Positions 19,637 to 28,461 of a stretch of DNA of 64,000 nt are shown piece after piece. Within the stretch, counting starts at the first letter, position 1. Every line of letters begins with the position of its first letter. The notes under the pieces were generated by a model, which saw only the letters and a list, made by a program, of their open reading frames with translations, did no database searches and had not been told where the DNA came from. The stretch is taken from positions 46,468-110,467 of the forward strand of contig CAZSUV010000002.1 of the NCBI GenBank assembly GCA_964610125.1, read 5' to 3'. This DNA is from an uncultured Candidatus Saccharibacteria bacterium. Lineage in GTDB: Bacteria > Patescibacteriota > Dojkabacteria > SC72. Position numbers and translations under genes: made by a program.

Positions 19637-21508
19637 TTACCTTTGAATAGGGGTACTATTCAATTTCTTCCTCTTCATTCTTCTAACCGTATTCTTAGTA
19701 ACAGCTACTATAACTGAAACTATCAATACAAGAATAATAACAGGGCCCGTAATTATAACTGCCTTCCCAATAGTCGTAGTCTTAAGGAATGTATTTAACC
19801 ATTGTCCAAAACCATACTTACTAGCAGAAGGAATATCCTCATTAGATTCATATCCCTTCTCGGGTACTAAATCGGTATATGTCTGCAACTTAGTAAAATC
19901 AATTCCCGTGCTATCGACACCATACACATTTAGGTTATATCCCTCCGTAGTTAACACATCAATATTGTCTGCTGAAAACACCTTAATATTTGAAAGCGTA
20001 TCTCCATTAAACACTTCCCAAAGTACTCGATCAATACTCTGTCCCAACCTCATGTTATTACTTTCTAAAGTAGGGTCTACAGAATACCAACCATAGTCTG
20101 GAATCCAAACCTGTACCCATTGATGTCTAACTTGAGCTTCTTGAGTTTCAGTAATATTTGCATATCCTAAAGCTGCTCTAGATGGAATACCTTGAGCTCT
20201 AAGAAGAGCAATCATTAAATCTGCATATTCCATACATACAGAAGCACCACCCTCGAGTGCAGCTTTTGCACCGATTCTTTCATTCTCAGAATTTGCCTTG
20301 TTATCATCATATGTAAGCTTGTCTCCAATATATGCATAGTCAGCCTTTATGATATCCATAACTGTAGTTTTGTCTGCCATCAATTTCTCAGCCTCGCTTT
20401 TGATATTGGAATCATTACTTTGCCAATATTTAGTAGCGGTTAAGTAGTTCTTAAGGTAAGAAGCTTTTGAGATTGCTTCTCTGTATGCAGTCCAATCCAT
20501 ATTTACGGGAGCTGATCCAGCCTGGTATGCATCTTGGTTTGTAACAATATATCCCTCTAAGGTTATTGTCCCTATGGTATTTGCAGGAACCTCAAATGAT
20601 GCAATGATATTTCCTTCGGCATCCTTGTATATATTGGATGGGGTAGGAGATACATTGGTGAAATATACCTTTTGATCTGTTTCATCAAATTCTCTAGGTA
20701 AAGAGATCTCAAATATATTTGTTGAAAGAGATTTAAATACGTTGGTTAAACTTTCTGGTACTAAGGTATCAGTTTTGGGAGTGGTGTATGTTAGTGCAAA
20801 TTTGTATGTAACTGATGTTCCGAATTCCATATATGGGGAATTTCCAACTCTGTTTTCTTGTGCGAATGAATATGTTGTTTTACCATTTTTTGTAGCTTGA
20901 GTGAATTGAGAAGGATATACCTTGGCAAGTGGAGCTATTTTGTCATCTACAATGATGTTTAAACCATAGTTAAAGGATGTTTGGGTATTTGTTGTTGTAT
21001 CTGTTTGCTCAAATATGACATCTTTTGGTAAGGCTGGAGCTTGAAGTGTTGTGAAATTGGCTACTTTAGTAACAAAATCATGGGTATTGTAGGTTATTTG
21101 TATGGAATATGGTGAGCTTGATGTGGTTTGTTTGTAGTTAGGAACCTTAATATATATCCCTGAGCCTTGTGCTTGCTCTTCAATTGTATATTTTACTGTT
21201 CCTCCTAAAGAGTTAGTTACTTTTAAGGAATCTAGTTTGTATTTTCTCTCTGCGGTTATTTCTGCTTCTGTACTACTTGGTAGGTCAGGTATATTGAAGA
21301 CCTTTTCGCCTGTTGCAGGGTAGAAGTAGTCACTATTCGCTACTGTTCTTGAATATTTTGTTACTACTGATACGTATGTTTCTCCTGTGGTATATGTGAT
21401 GTCTGTGTTTGAATCTATTACGAAGTCTGATGACTTTGCTAATACCTTGGTTGAGAGGAGAAGGAAGAGGGAGACAATACTGAAGATATATATGAACAGT
21501 TTTTTCAT
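19637..21508 (-). CDS. secreted transglutaminase-like cysteine protease-domain protein with C-terminal TM anchor
   Basis: Signal peptide. Transglutaminase-like cysteine protease core GGASVCMEYADLMIALLRAQGIPSRAALGY...HQWVQVWIPDYGWYSVDPT (Cys-His-Asp). C-terminal TM followed by an RRMKRKK tail. Confidence 0.75.
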   Translation of the reverse strand: MKKLFIYIFSIVSLFLLLSTKVLAKSSDFVIDSNTDITYTTGETYVSVVTKYSRTVANSDYFYPATGEKVFNIPDLPSSTEAEITAERKYKLDSLKVTNSLGGTVKYTIEEQAQGSGIYIKVPNYKQTTSSSPYSIQITYNTHDFVTKVANFTTLQAPALPKDVIFEQTDTTTNTQTSFNYGLNIIVDDKIAPLAKVYPSQFTQATKNGKTTYSFAQENRVGNSPYMEFGTSVTYKFALTYTTPKTDTLVPESLTNVFKSLSTNIFEISLPREFDETDQKVYFTNVSPTPSNIYKDAEGNIIASFEVPANTIGTITLEGYIVTNQDAYQAGSAPVNMDWTAYREAISKASYLKNYLTATKYWQSNDSNIKSEAEKLMADKTTVMDIIKADYAYIGDKLTYDDNKANSENERIGAKAALEGGASVCMEYADLMIALLRAQGIPSRAALGYANITETQEAQVRHQWVQVWIPDYGWYSVDPTLESNNMRLGQSIDRVLWEVFNGDTLSNIKVFSADNIDVLTTEGYNLNVYGVDSTGIDFTKLQTYTDLVPEKGYESNEDIPSASKYGFGQWLNTFLKTTTIGKAVIITGPVIILVLIVSVIVAVTKNTVRRMKRKKLNSTPIQR

Positions 21509-21553
21509 TGTATTGATTAGGGCTATTTAATGTATTTAATATCATAGCAATTA

Positions 21554-21582
21554 TTGAAAAAGGAAGGAAGAAGACCTATAAT
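21554..21582 (+). promoter_or_regulatory. consensus-like promoter TTGAAA-17-TATAAT (copy 1)
   Basis: TTGAAA at 21554-21559, TATAAT at 21577-21582. 25 of 30 nt are identical to copy 2. Confidence 0.55.
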
Positions 21583-21619
21583 GCGGGTCCGGAACACACA
21601 TCCGTGGATCTTTTAAAAA

Positions 21620-22114
21620 ATGGAGCTAAAAATGAAAGAAGAAAGACAAGAGTTAATAACGAAAGTTGTTAAGTTATACAACGAATTTCAGGAAATCTTT
21701 AAAGATGCTCATGTTGAGTCTTTTCTGAATACCCTGTTCTTTAATGGGATAAAATTCTTGTTTAATGATTGGGATGAGCTTTTAATCCTACGAGAAAGAT
21801 TGGTAGATCCAAGACTAAAATCAATGATTTTGGTTTTAATGGCCAATGCTTCTGAAGAGGTAGACCAATTGGTCTTCGTAATGGTCAACTGTCCTCATAA
21901 TGAGGGCGCAGCTGGCGCAGTGAGAAAAAAGATTAAAGCCCAATTTGGCGGTATGGTTAATTCCTTGAAAGATGGTGTTGAAGAATATTTCGATACCGAG
22001 GAATTAAGAAAACGAACATATGGGAAACAAACTCTTCAGGCGTGGATCTTTAATACCTTTTTATATGGTCTTAAAGGACAAGAAGTCCTAAAAGATGTAC
22101 ATTCTGAAGAATAG
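21620..22114 (+). CDS. hypothetical protein
   Basis: 164 aa, helical, no motif. Confidence 0.5.
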   Translation: MELKMKEERQELITKVVKLYNEFQEIFKDAHVESFLNTLFFNGIKFLFNDWDELLILRERLVDPRLKSMILVLMANASEEVDQLVFVMVNCPHNEGAAGAVRKKIKAQFGGMVNSLKDGVEEYFDTEELRKRTYGKQTLQAWIFNTFLYGLKGQEVLKDVHSEE

Positions 22115-22143
22115 AGTGTGCTATTCTTCTAAAACCTGTCTGA

Positions 22144-22192
22144 CTGTGGGTCTCTGAAGATTGGATTAATTTCCATCAATAGAGACTCACAG
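22144..22192 (+). terminator. terminator-like hairpin
   Basis: CTGTGGGTCTCT...AGAGACTCACAG, a 12-bp stem with one mismatch. Confidence 0.4.
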
Positions 22193-22260
22193 ATTGGTTA
22201 TATATTTCAAATGATAAATTTTGTTTTAAAACCAGATATGGTTATTTTATGTTGTAGGAA

Positions 22261-22289
22261 TTGAAAAACGAGGCAACAAGGCCTATAAT
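22261..22289 (+). promoter_or_regulatory. consensus-like promoter TTGAAA-17-TATAAT (copy 2)
   Basis: TTGAAA at 22261-22266, TATAAT at 22284-22289. Confidence 0.55.
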
Positions 22290-22331
22290 GTTTCTTGCAA
22301 CAGATCTTTATATTATGAATAGGAGCCCAAG

Positions 22332-22745
22332 ATGGTGGAAGTAAAATTCCTAGAAGTTGATTTATTTGCAATAAGAAAATACTGTGAGGGGTGTTTAGGA
22401 GGAAAACCATATCTAACAGAAATCAAACGGCAATCGTTAGAACAGCCAGCGAAGTGGTACTATTTCTATATTATTCTCCAAGAAATAGTAGAGTATAAGG
22501 AATATATCTATTCCAACCTCAAAAAATATCTAAGCAGATCTATCGAAATTGCAACAATTTTCTATATGATAACTGAGGCAGAAAGCGAAGATGAAAAAAT
22601 AGCTGTAGAAGCAATTAAGTCTCATCTAGGTGTTATGAAAAAGGCTTATAGAGCTACTCAACGTGGAAATATTGTAAAAGCAGTTGGCTATTCGGGAAAA
22701 ACATTAAATATAGAAAACCTTGAGGAGGTGGAAACTAAAAAATAA
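22332..22745 (+). CDS. hypothetical protein
   Basis: 137 aa, no motif. Confidence 0.5.
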   Translation: MVEVKFLEVDLFAIRKYCEGCLGGKPYLTEIKRQSLEQPAKWYYFYIILQEIVEYKEYIYSNLKKYLSRSIEIATIFYMITEAESEDEKIAVEAIKSHLGVMKKAYRATQRGNIVKAVGYSGKTLNIENLEEVETKK

Positions 22746-22764
22746 AGGGCCTGTTGCAAAAACC

Positions 22765-22803
22765 AGTAGAGCTTCATATATATGAAGAACATGAAGCTCT
22801 ACT
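22765..22803 (+). terminator. terminator-like hairpin
   Basis: AGTAGAGCTTCAT...ATGAAGCTCTACT, a perfect 13-bp stem. No clear U-tract. Confidence 0.4.
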
Positions 22804-22852
22804 GTAAGGTCTTGGTGTTCAAAACAAGGATATTAATATATAATTCACCATT

Positions 22853-23944
22853 ATGTCAGTAAAAAGATCACACTCATTATCACTAGGTATTGTAGGACTT
22901 CCTAATTCAGGAAAATCTACAATATTTAATGCACTAACCAAATTAACAGTACCAGCAGAAAATTTTCCTTTTTGTACGATAGATAAAAACGTAGGAGTAG
23001 TAGAGATACCAGATGAAAGATTAGGAAGAATGTCTGCATATTTCAATGCTAAGAAGATTGTCCCTTCAGCTATGACATTTGTAGATATTGCAGGATTAGT
23101 AAAAGGAGCATCAAAGGGAGAGGGATTAGGAAATCAATTCCTTTCACATATTAGAGAAACCGATGTCATTATGTATGTACTTAGAGCTTTTGAAAGTAAG
23201 GAGATTGTACATGTATATGAAAGGGTAAACCCTGTTGAAGATTTTGAAATTGTACAAGCAGAACTCATATTTAAAGATATTGAGGTCATTGAAAAGAAAA
23301 TTGCTAGCGTAAACAAGATGGCAAGGATAGGGAATGCAGATGCTGCATTAGAGATGAATATATTGGAGAAGATACAGAAGAATCTTGGTATGGGTATTCC
23401 TGTGGTAGATATGGAGATGAATGAAAAAGAGAAAGAATATGTATATGACCTTTGGTTATTAACCAGCAAGAAGAGAATGTTTGTATTGAATTGTAAGGAA
23501 GGGTTGGAAAATGAAAAGATTGAACAATGGAAGAAGGAATTGGAAGAGAAAACTGGGGACTTAGTAATCATGGCTGATGTAAAGTTGGTGGGGGAGATGG
23601 AAGATGCAGATGAATATGCTGAGTTATTGGGTTATGTTCCTAAATCGGTTAAGGATATTATTAAGGGGGCATATGATGCGCTAAATCTTATAACCTTCTA
23701 TACCGGATCTGAGAAGGAGTGTAATGCATGGACTATTGAGAAGGGTGCTAATGCTAAGGAGGCTGCTGGGGTTATACATACTGATTTAGAAAATAATTTT
23801 ATAACGGCTGATGTAGTTAATGTAGACGCTTTGTTAGATGCTGGTGGTTGGGTTAAGGCTAAGGAATTGGGTTTGGTTAAGAATCATGGTAAGGATTATA
23901 TTGTCCAAGATGGTGATTACATTATTATTCTTGCGAATAAGTAA
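22853..23944 (+). CDS. ychF: redox-regulated ATPase YchF (Obg-family GTPase with TGS domain)
   Basis: GIVGLPNSGKSTIFNALT G1 motif. 363 aa. C-terminal TGS-like domain. Confidence 0.85.
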   Translation: MSVKRSHSLSLGIVGLPNSGKSTIFNALTKLTVPAENFPFCTIDKNVGVVEIPDERLGRMSAYFNAKKIVPSAMTFVDIAGLVKGASKGEGLGNQFLSHIRETDVIMYVLRAFESKEIVHVYERVNPVEDFEIVQAELIFKDIEVIEKKIASVNKMARIGNADAALEMNILEKIQKNLGMGIPVVDMEMNEKEKEYVYDLWLLTSKKRMFVLNCKEGLENEKIEQWKKELEEKTGDLVIMADVKLVGEMEDADEYAELLGYVPKSVKDIIKGAYDALNLITFYTGSEKECNAWTIEKGANAKEAAGVIHTDLENNFITADVVNVDALLDAGGWVKAKELGLVKNHGKDYIVQDGDYIIILANK

Positions 23945-23953
23945 GAATTTCTC

Positions 23954-24034
23954 AAAAGAAATACTGTTGTAGTAGATATTTACAACGGATTGGGTATCCT
24001 ATAGAATATAGTTGTCTTTTTGTTGGGATTATTC
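23954..24034 (+). repeat. conserved intergenic module copy A (promoter + palindromic operator-like site + leader)
   Basis: About 88% identical to 24617..24698. Contains the GTTGTAgtagatattTACAAC palindrome overlapping TTTACA-17-TAGAAT. Confidence 0.7.
23979..24007 (+). promoter_or_regulatory. promoter TTTACA-17-TAGAAT (copy A)
   Basis: TTTACA 23979-23984, TAGAAT 24002-24007. Confidence 0.45.
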
Positions 24035-24074
24035 CCAAATCTTGTGTTGCTCACTAAAAAAGGAGAATAGAATA

Positions 24075-24527
24075 ATGACCTCAAATGTTCGACGTAATAT
24101 CGAAGGGAAGGGACAAGTTTCTCTTCCAGTTTTGGGTAGTTTCGGAGGTATGTTTGTAACTTCCGAGGGTCGTGATCGTATCTTAATTGTAGATACGAGC
24201 TTTATCAATGCTATTGCAATTCCTTTGCCGGAAAAGAGTTTAACCTTTGTAAAGTTGGCGGGAATCTTTTCTTATAAAGATGTCATCGGAATTCCAAAGA
24301 AAGGAAGAGTTGTTTATGCGCAATATAAAAATGAGCTTAATGTAGTTCTCTGCTTTAACCTTAGTGGTTCACTTAGGTTTGGAAGCCGATTAGACAGCAA
24401 CTGTGCAGTTAGCATTCCTGATGATAACATCGGAAACGTTGTGATTTTTGAACGGGATGCAACATTGTTAGTTGTGGAAGGGCAAACCCTACAAAGGTGT
24501 TCGCTTCAAATAAAGGAGAAAGAATAA
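24075..24527 (+). CDS. hypothetical protein
   Basis: Start chosen at Met 24075, preceded by SD AAAAAGGAGAA. 150 aa. Confidence 0.5.
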   Translation: MTSNVRRNIEGKGQVSLPVLGSFGGMFVTSEGRDRILIVDTSFINAIAIPLPEKSLTFVKLAGIFSYKDVIGIPKKGRVVYAQYKNELNVVLCFNLSGSLRFGSRLDSNCAVSIPDDNIGNVVIFERDATLLVVEGQTLQRCSLQIKEKE

Positions 24528-24616
24528 CAAAAAGACAAAAAGGGTAGTGGACTATTCGTATATTGGTTAACTCCAATTTCACACATAGTCCACTGCACGA
24601 CCCTTTAACAAAATTA

Positions 24617-24698
24617 CAAAAGAAATACAGTTGCAGTAGATATTTACAACAAATTAGATATCCTATAGAATATGGATAGTCTTTTTGTTGGGATTAAG
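24617..24698 (+). repeat. conserved intergenic module copy B
   Basis: See copy A. Palindrome GTTGCAgtagatattTACAAC. Confidence 0.7.
24643..24671 (+). promoter_or_regulatory. promoter TTTACA-17-TAGAAT (copy B)
   Basis: TTTACA 24643-24648, TAGAAT 24666-24671. Confidence 0.45.
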
Positions 24699-24745
24699 TC
24701 CCGGATTATATTCGCTCTTAATAGGAATAGGAAGGATAGGGAAAA

Positions 24746-25195
24746 ATGGAGTTCATAAACAAAGGTAAGAAATGGTTTTTTGAATTTGGTGGCTTTAATT
24801 ATGAGGTCATCAATCGATATGGAGATGCTTTCACTGCAAAACATGATCAATCTCCGGATTGTTTTTTGTTTATGCAAAATGAGAAGGAACCATATATAAC
24901 CAATGCATGCCCAGCTATTTTAACCAGAAAAGTAATTATACGGAATCACTTTTCTCTGCGATCAAGTTGGAGAGAATATGACCTGGTTATCAATGGCGAT
25001 CGGCAATATCTGGTTCGATACCATATGAATGAAGAAGAAGATAATAATTGGAAGGTGCGTTCTATCGAAAAAATTCCTGTGGGGAATTTCTATATGTGGT
25101 ACGATCCTGAAACTCGGGACTTGAAACGCCTACCATGGAAAGTTGAATTTTTAAAACTCTACAAAGGAGTTTTGGTTCCGCTCAATGATGAGTAA
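24746..25195 (+). CDS. hypothetical protein
   Basis: 149 aa. No similarity seen to the 24075 product. Confidence 0.5.
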   Translation: MEFINKGKKWFFEFGGFNYEVINRYGDAFTAKHDQSPDCFLFMQNEKEPYITNACPAILTRKVIIRNHFSLRSSWREYDLVINGDRQYLVRYHMNEEEDNNWKVRSIEKIPVGNFYMWYDPETRDLKRLPWKVEFLKLYKGVLVPLNDE

Positions 25196-25356
25196 AACAA
25201 AAAGACAAAACAAAGGGTGGTGGAGCTCTGTTATTCTACTTATGTAGAGAGTTCCACCTGTAATCCCATATATATTGAGAGTTTGGCAGTTGTATTAACT
25301 AATATTTTCTGCTAAAATCCATTCTCGTTAAGACATAATTTGTATATATCGGTTAA

Positions 25357-25713
25357 ATGGCAGCAGAAGAAGTAAAAAAAGGAAACTATTATGAAATGGC
25401 AGTGGCTCTTAAACCACTATTACCAGACGATGTTAGAAAAGCAATTCACAAAGAATTTGTTGATTTAGTTAAGTCTAAGGGTGGAGAAGTATTAGATGTA
25501 GATGTATGGGGAAAGAGATATTTAGCATACAAGATAAATGGACATAACGAAGGCTATTACATTATATATACCTTCATATCCGATCCTTCCAATATCCTAG
25601 AAATCAGAAGACAGATGGAATTAAAACAAGAAGTTTTGAGATATATGGTAGTAGAAGCAGATGATGTAGATGAAATAGGAAAGAAGATTAAGAAGAAGGA
25701 AATAGAAATTTAA
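25357..25713 (+). CDS. rpsF: 30S ribosomal protein S6
   Basis: Conserved rpsF-ssb-rpsR order. GKRYLAYKING / EGYYII motifs. Confidence 0.75.
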   Translation: MAAEEVKKGNYYEMAVALKPLLPDDVRKAIHKEFVDLVKSKGGEVLDVDVWGKRYLAYKINGHNEGYYIIYTFISDPSNILEIRRQMELKQEVLRYMVVEADDVDEIGKKIKKKEIEI

Positions 25714-25772
25714 TCGAATTTTAATATTTGCAGTGTATATTGTAGGTAAGTTAAATTATAATTATTAAACAA

Positions 25773-26270
25773 ATGGCAGCTAGATCACTAAATAAAGTAA
25801 TGTTAATTGGAAATCTAACAAGAGATCCAGAGATGAGATATACCAATTCTGGAACTCCAGTTGTTACTTTCGGAATGGCAACAAACAAGTCATGGAAAGA
25901 TACCAATGGTGAGATGAAAGAATTAGCAGAATTCCATAATGTAGTTGCATGGAACAAGATGGCTGAGATATGTCAGCAATTGTTAGCTAAGGGAATGAAG
26001 ATCTATGTAGAGGGTTCTTTGAATACAAGATCATGGCAGGCAGATGACAATACAACTAGATACAAGACAGAAGTAAGAATTGAAGATATGATTCTTTTAG
26101 ATAGTAAGGGTAAGCAGGGTGCAGGTGTTGATGAAGATGCTGCACATGCTGAAAGACCAGAAAAAGCAGAGAAAGCTCCTAAGGAAGATGTTGTTGCTGA
26201 TGAAGCAGCTCCAGTTGAAGATGAAGCTCCTGTTGATCAGGATCCTTTAGAAGAAGATTTGCCATTTTAA
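25773..26270 (+). CDS. ssb: single-stranded DNA-binding protein
   Basis: OB-fold N-terminus (NKVMLIGNLTRDPEMRYT). Acidic tail ending DLPF. Confidence 0.85.
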   Translation: MAARSLNKVMLIGNLTRDPEMRYTNSGTPVVTFGMATNKSWKDTNGEMKELAEFHNVVAWNKMAEICQQLLAKGMKIYVEGSLNTRSWQADDNTTRYKTEVRIEDMILLDSKGKQGAGVDEDAAHAERPEKAEKAPKEDVVADEAAPVEDEAPVDQDPLEEDLPF

Positions 26271-26288
26271 TTTGATATATATTAAGGA

Positions 26289-26606
26289 ATGTCAGACGAA
26301 ATAGTAGTAAAACAAAGTCCAGCAGTAGAGAGTACAGTAAGTGATGACTCTTCTTTTGATGCTAAGAAAAAGAATATGCGAAGAAGAAGAAAGATTATTC
26401 AGAACTTAAAATGTCCTCTATGTGAATCTGGTGTTAAGACTGTTACATACAAGGATGTGTATCAATTAAAAAAGTTTACATCAGTTAGAGGTAAGATTAT
26501 ATCTGTAGAAAAGTCTGGTGCATGTCACAAGCATCAGAAGATGTTAAAGAGAGCTATTAAGAGAGCTAGATTTATGTCTCTCTTGCCATATTCTTCTAAT
26601 GAATAG
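26289..26606 (+). CDS. rpsR: 30S ribosomal protein S18
   Basis: CPLCESGVKTVTYKDVYQLKKFTSVRGKI...MLKRAIKRARFMSLLPY. Confidence 0.85.
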   Translation: MSDEIVVKQSPAVESTVSDDSSFDAKKKNMRRRRKIIQNLKCPLCESGVKTVTYKDVYQLKKFTSVRGKIISVEKSGACHKHQKMLKRAIKRARFMSLLPYSSNE

Positions 26607-26630
26607 TCTGTAATATATACATTGAATTGA

Positions 26631-26660
26631 GAAGGGGACCGAAAGGTCCTCTTTTTTTTG
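26631..26660 (+). terminator. rho-independent terminator
   Basis: AGGGGACC-gaaa-GGTCCTCT followed by T8. Confidence 0.8.
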
Positions 26661-26711
26661 CTATGGAACTTTCAGAATCTGTTGGTGTTTGGTATATACC
26701 AACAGATTCTG

Positions 26712-26999
26712 TTAGCTCTTTAGAGATTTCTTTTTTATTGTATGTATTGCGATCTCCCATCTTTCTTCCCCATTAATTAACAGTATGGCGATATCATATG
26801 GAGAGATATCTAAATCTTTCTGATTCTTTTTAAAATCTAAAATGATTTTAGAAATCACAGCGATCAATTCCTTCGCAGTATTAAATTTTTTGCCAGAAAT
26901 ATTTCTAGCAAGAAAATCTGCAAATTGAATAGGAAAAGTCTTTGAAAGAAGTTCAAAAACTTTCCTTCGTTCTGTGGTAAAACAATTCTTACCATGCAT
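26712..26999 (-). CDS. hypothetical protein
   Basis: 95 aa. A 14-bp perfect IR (26673-26712) downstream acts as terminator. Confidence 0.45.
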   Translation of the reverse strand: MHGKNCFTTERRKVFELLSKTFPIQFADFLARNISGKKFNTAKELIAVISKIILDFKKNQKDLDISPYDIAILLINGEERWEIAIHTIKKKSLKS

Positions 27000-27117
27000 A
27001 ACAATATCCTTTCTCTAAAAGAGCGTTTGACAACAAGTGATTATACCATTAATGAAAACTATAGGTAATACAAGCTTTCATTGCATCTCTTAACCCTTTC
27101 AAGTAATATATTTATAT

Positions 27118-28461
27118 ATGTCTACACTGCCAATGTTAGAGAAAAACTCATATCTAAGCCTCGTTATATCAGATAACAACATCTGGGCACATCTCGCATA
27201 TACAGATCATAATGCAAATAGGGAATATATACTCTCAGACTTCACAGATCTAAACCCATTAAAACAAAGATTGGATGATGATTTCTTTACCAAAAACTTC
27301 TGGTACGAATACTTTGATAATCTAGAAAAGGTCTTCAATTGGAATATCGTAGACAGAAATGGATATGGAATATTCTCTTTCAGAAAATTTGTAGAAGAAG
27401 GAGATGGAATATCAGGAATTAGAATACAGATGGATGAAAATCAAAAATACTTTCAAAAAATATTTTCATCACTTAGAGCATTCTCGAATGATATAGCTCT
27501 CAGAGTAATGGACGAAGTATACATGCGAGGAATGTTAGAGGGATTAACACAAAAACTGGGATATGATGACCTTCTTTTCTTAGATTTAGACCTCCAAGAC
27601 TTTAAAATTTACAGAGCATTCAAAGACCAGCAAACAGGAAAGATTGAAATATCCAAATCAAAGATAGAATGGAACAATGAATATGGGGTTATAGATTCAA
27701 TAAAGGATGCTCGATTTAAAGCATTTCTAGCCTCAGATGTAACATCCAAAGACATGCTCAATTACTGGAGCAACTTTGTACTAAATAGGGTAGTGTTTAC
27801 CGAAGATCCAAATATATTGGATACGGTAAGAGCATATACCACGGCACAATTACATTCGATATATCAAGACAACAAGGACAAATTACAAGCAATTGGGACA
27901 CAAGGAAACACAGGAATCATACTAACCGGTATGGTTCCATTACTATTAGGGAAAGAAAAACTCCTTCTTTCAGTAATTGATGGCTTTGAAGTATCAGGAA
28001 TACTAGATGCATACTTTGATACCGAAAAACGATTACTTTCCTATGCCAAAAGCTATATATCTGGTCCTGCATCTTCTGATGTAGTACTCACCAGAAAAGA
28101 AATTCTTTCTTGTGCTACCAAGGTATTAGTACCAGAAGTTAAAGTGTCTAGAAACAAAAGTAAGGTCATATTTAACGGATATACCGATTCATTAGAAGGT
28201 GAAAAACAAGATATCTTTGCACTTTCCCCTGAGTTCACATATATCAAATTACCATTACACAGGGAAAACCTAATTATTGAAGGTGAATTTAAAAATGGAG
28301 CATACATTAGAAATACCGAGGCAAAGGACAATTTAAGCTTCATATCAATACCTGGAAAGTTAAGATATGATTCCATGGTTATAGATGCACGACCAAAACC
28401 AATCGTGTATGGGCCTGATACATATGCAAACAAATTAAAATTACAACAGTGGTTGAAATGA
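27118..28461 (+). CDS. hypothetical protein, possibly a divergent actin-like (ASKHA) ATPase-fold protein
   Basis: YLSLVISDNNIWAHLAY (phosphate-1-like), LLFLDLDLQDFKIY (phosphate-2-like, lacking Gly) and NTGIILTGMVPLLLG (adenosine-motif-like). Weak, by-eye only. Confidence 0.3.
   Translation: MSTLPMLEKNSYLSLVISDNNIWAHLAYTDHNANREYILSDFTDLNPLKQRLDDDFFTKNFWYEYFDNLEKVFNWNIVDRNGYGIFSFRKFVEEGDGISGIRIQMDENQKYFQKIFSSLRAFSNDIALRVMDEVYMRGMLEGLTQKLGYDDLLFLDLDLQDFKIYRAFKDQQTGKIEISKSKIEWNNEYGVIDSIKDARFKAFLASDVTSKDMLNYWSNFVLNRVVFTEDPNILDTVRAYTTAQLHSIYQDNKDKLQAIGTQGNTGIILTGMVPLLLGKEKLLLSVIDGFEVSGILDAYFDTEKRLLSYAKSYISGPASSDVVLTRKEILSCATKVLVPEVKVSRNKSKVIFNGYTDSLEGEKQDIFALSPEFTYIKLPLHRENLIIEGEFKNGAYIRNTEAKDNLSFISIPGKLRYDSMVIDARPKPIVYGPDTYANKLKLQQWLK

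Noticed and set aside
24528-24610. Integron attC-like site (imperfect hairpin with extrahelical bases after a cassette ORF)
   Set aside because: No RYYYAAC/GTTRRRY core sites could be identified at the hairpin ends, and no IntI-type integrase is adjacent. It is kept only as a 'terminator-like hairpin' within the cassette-module finding.
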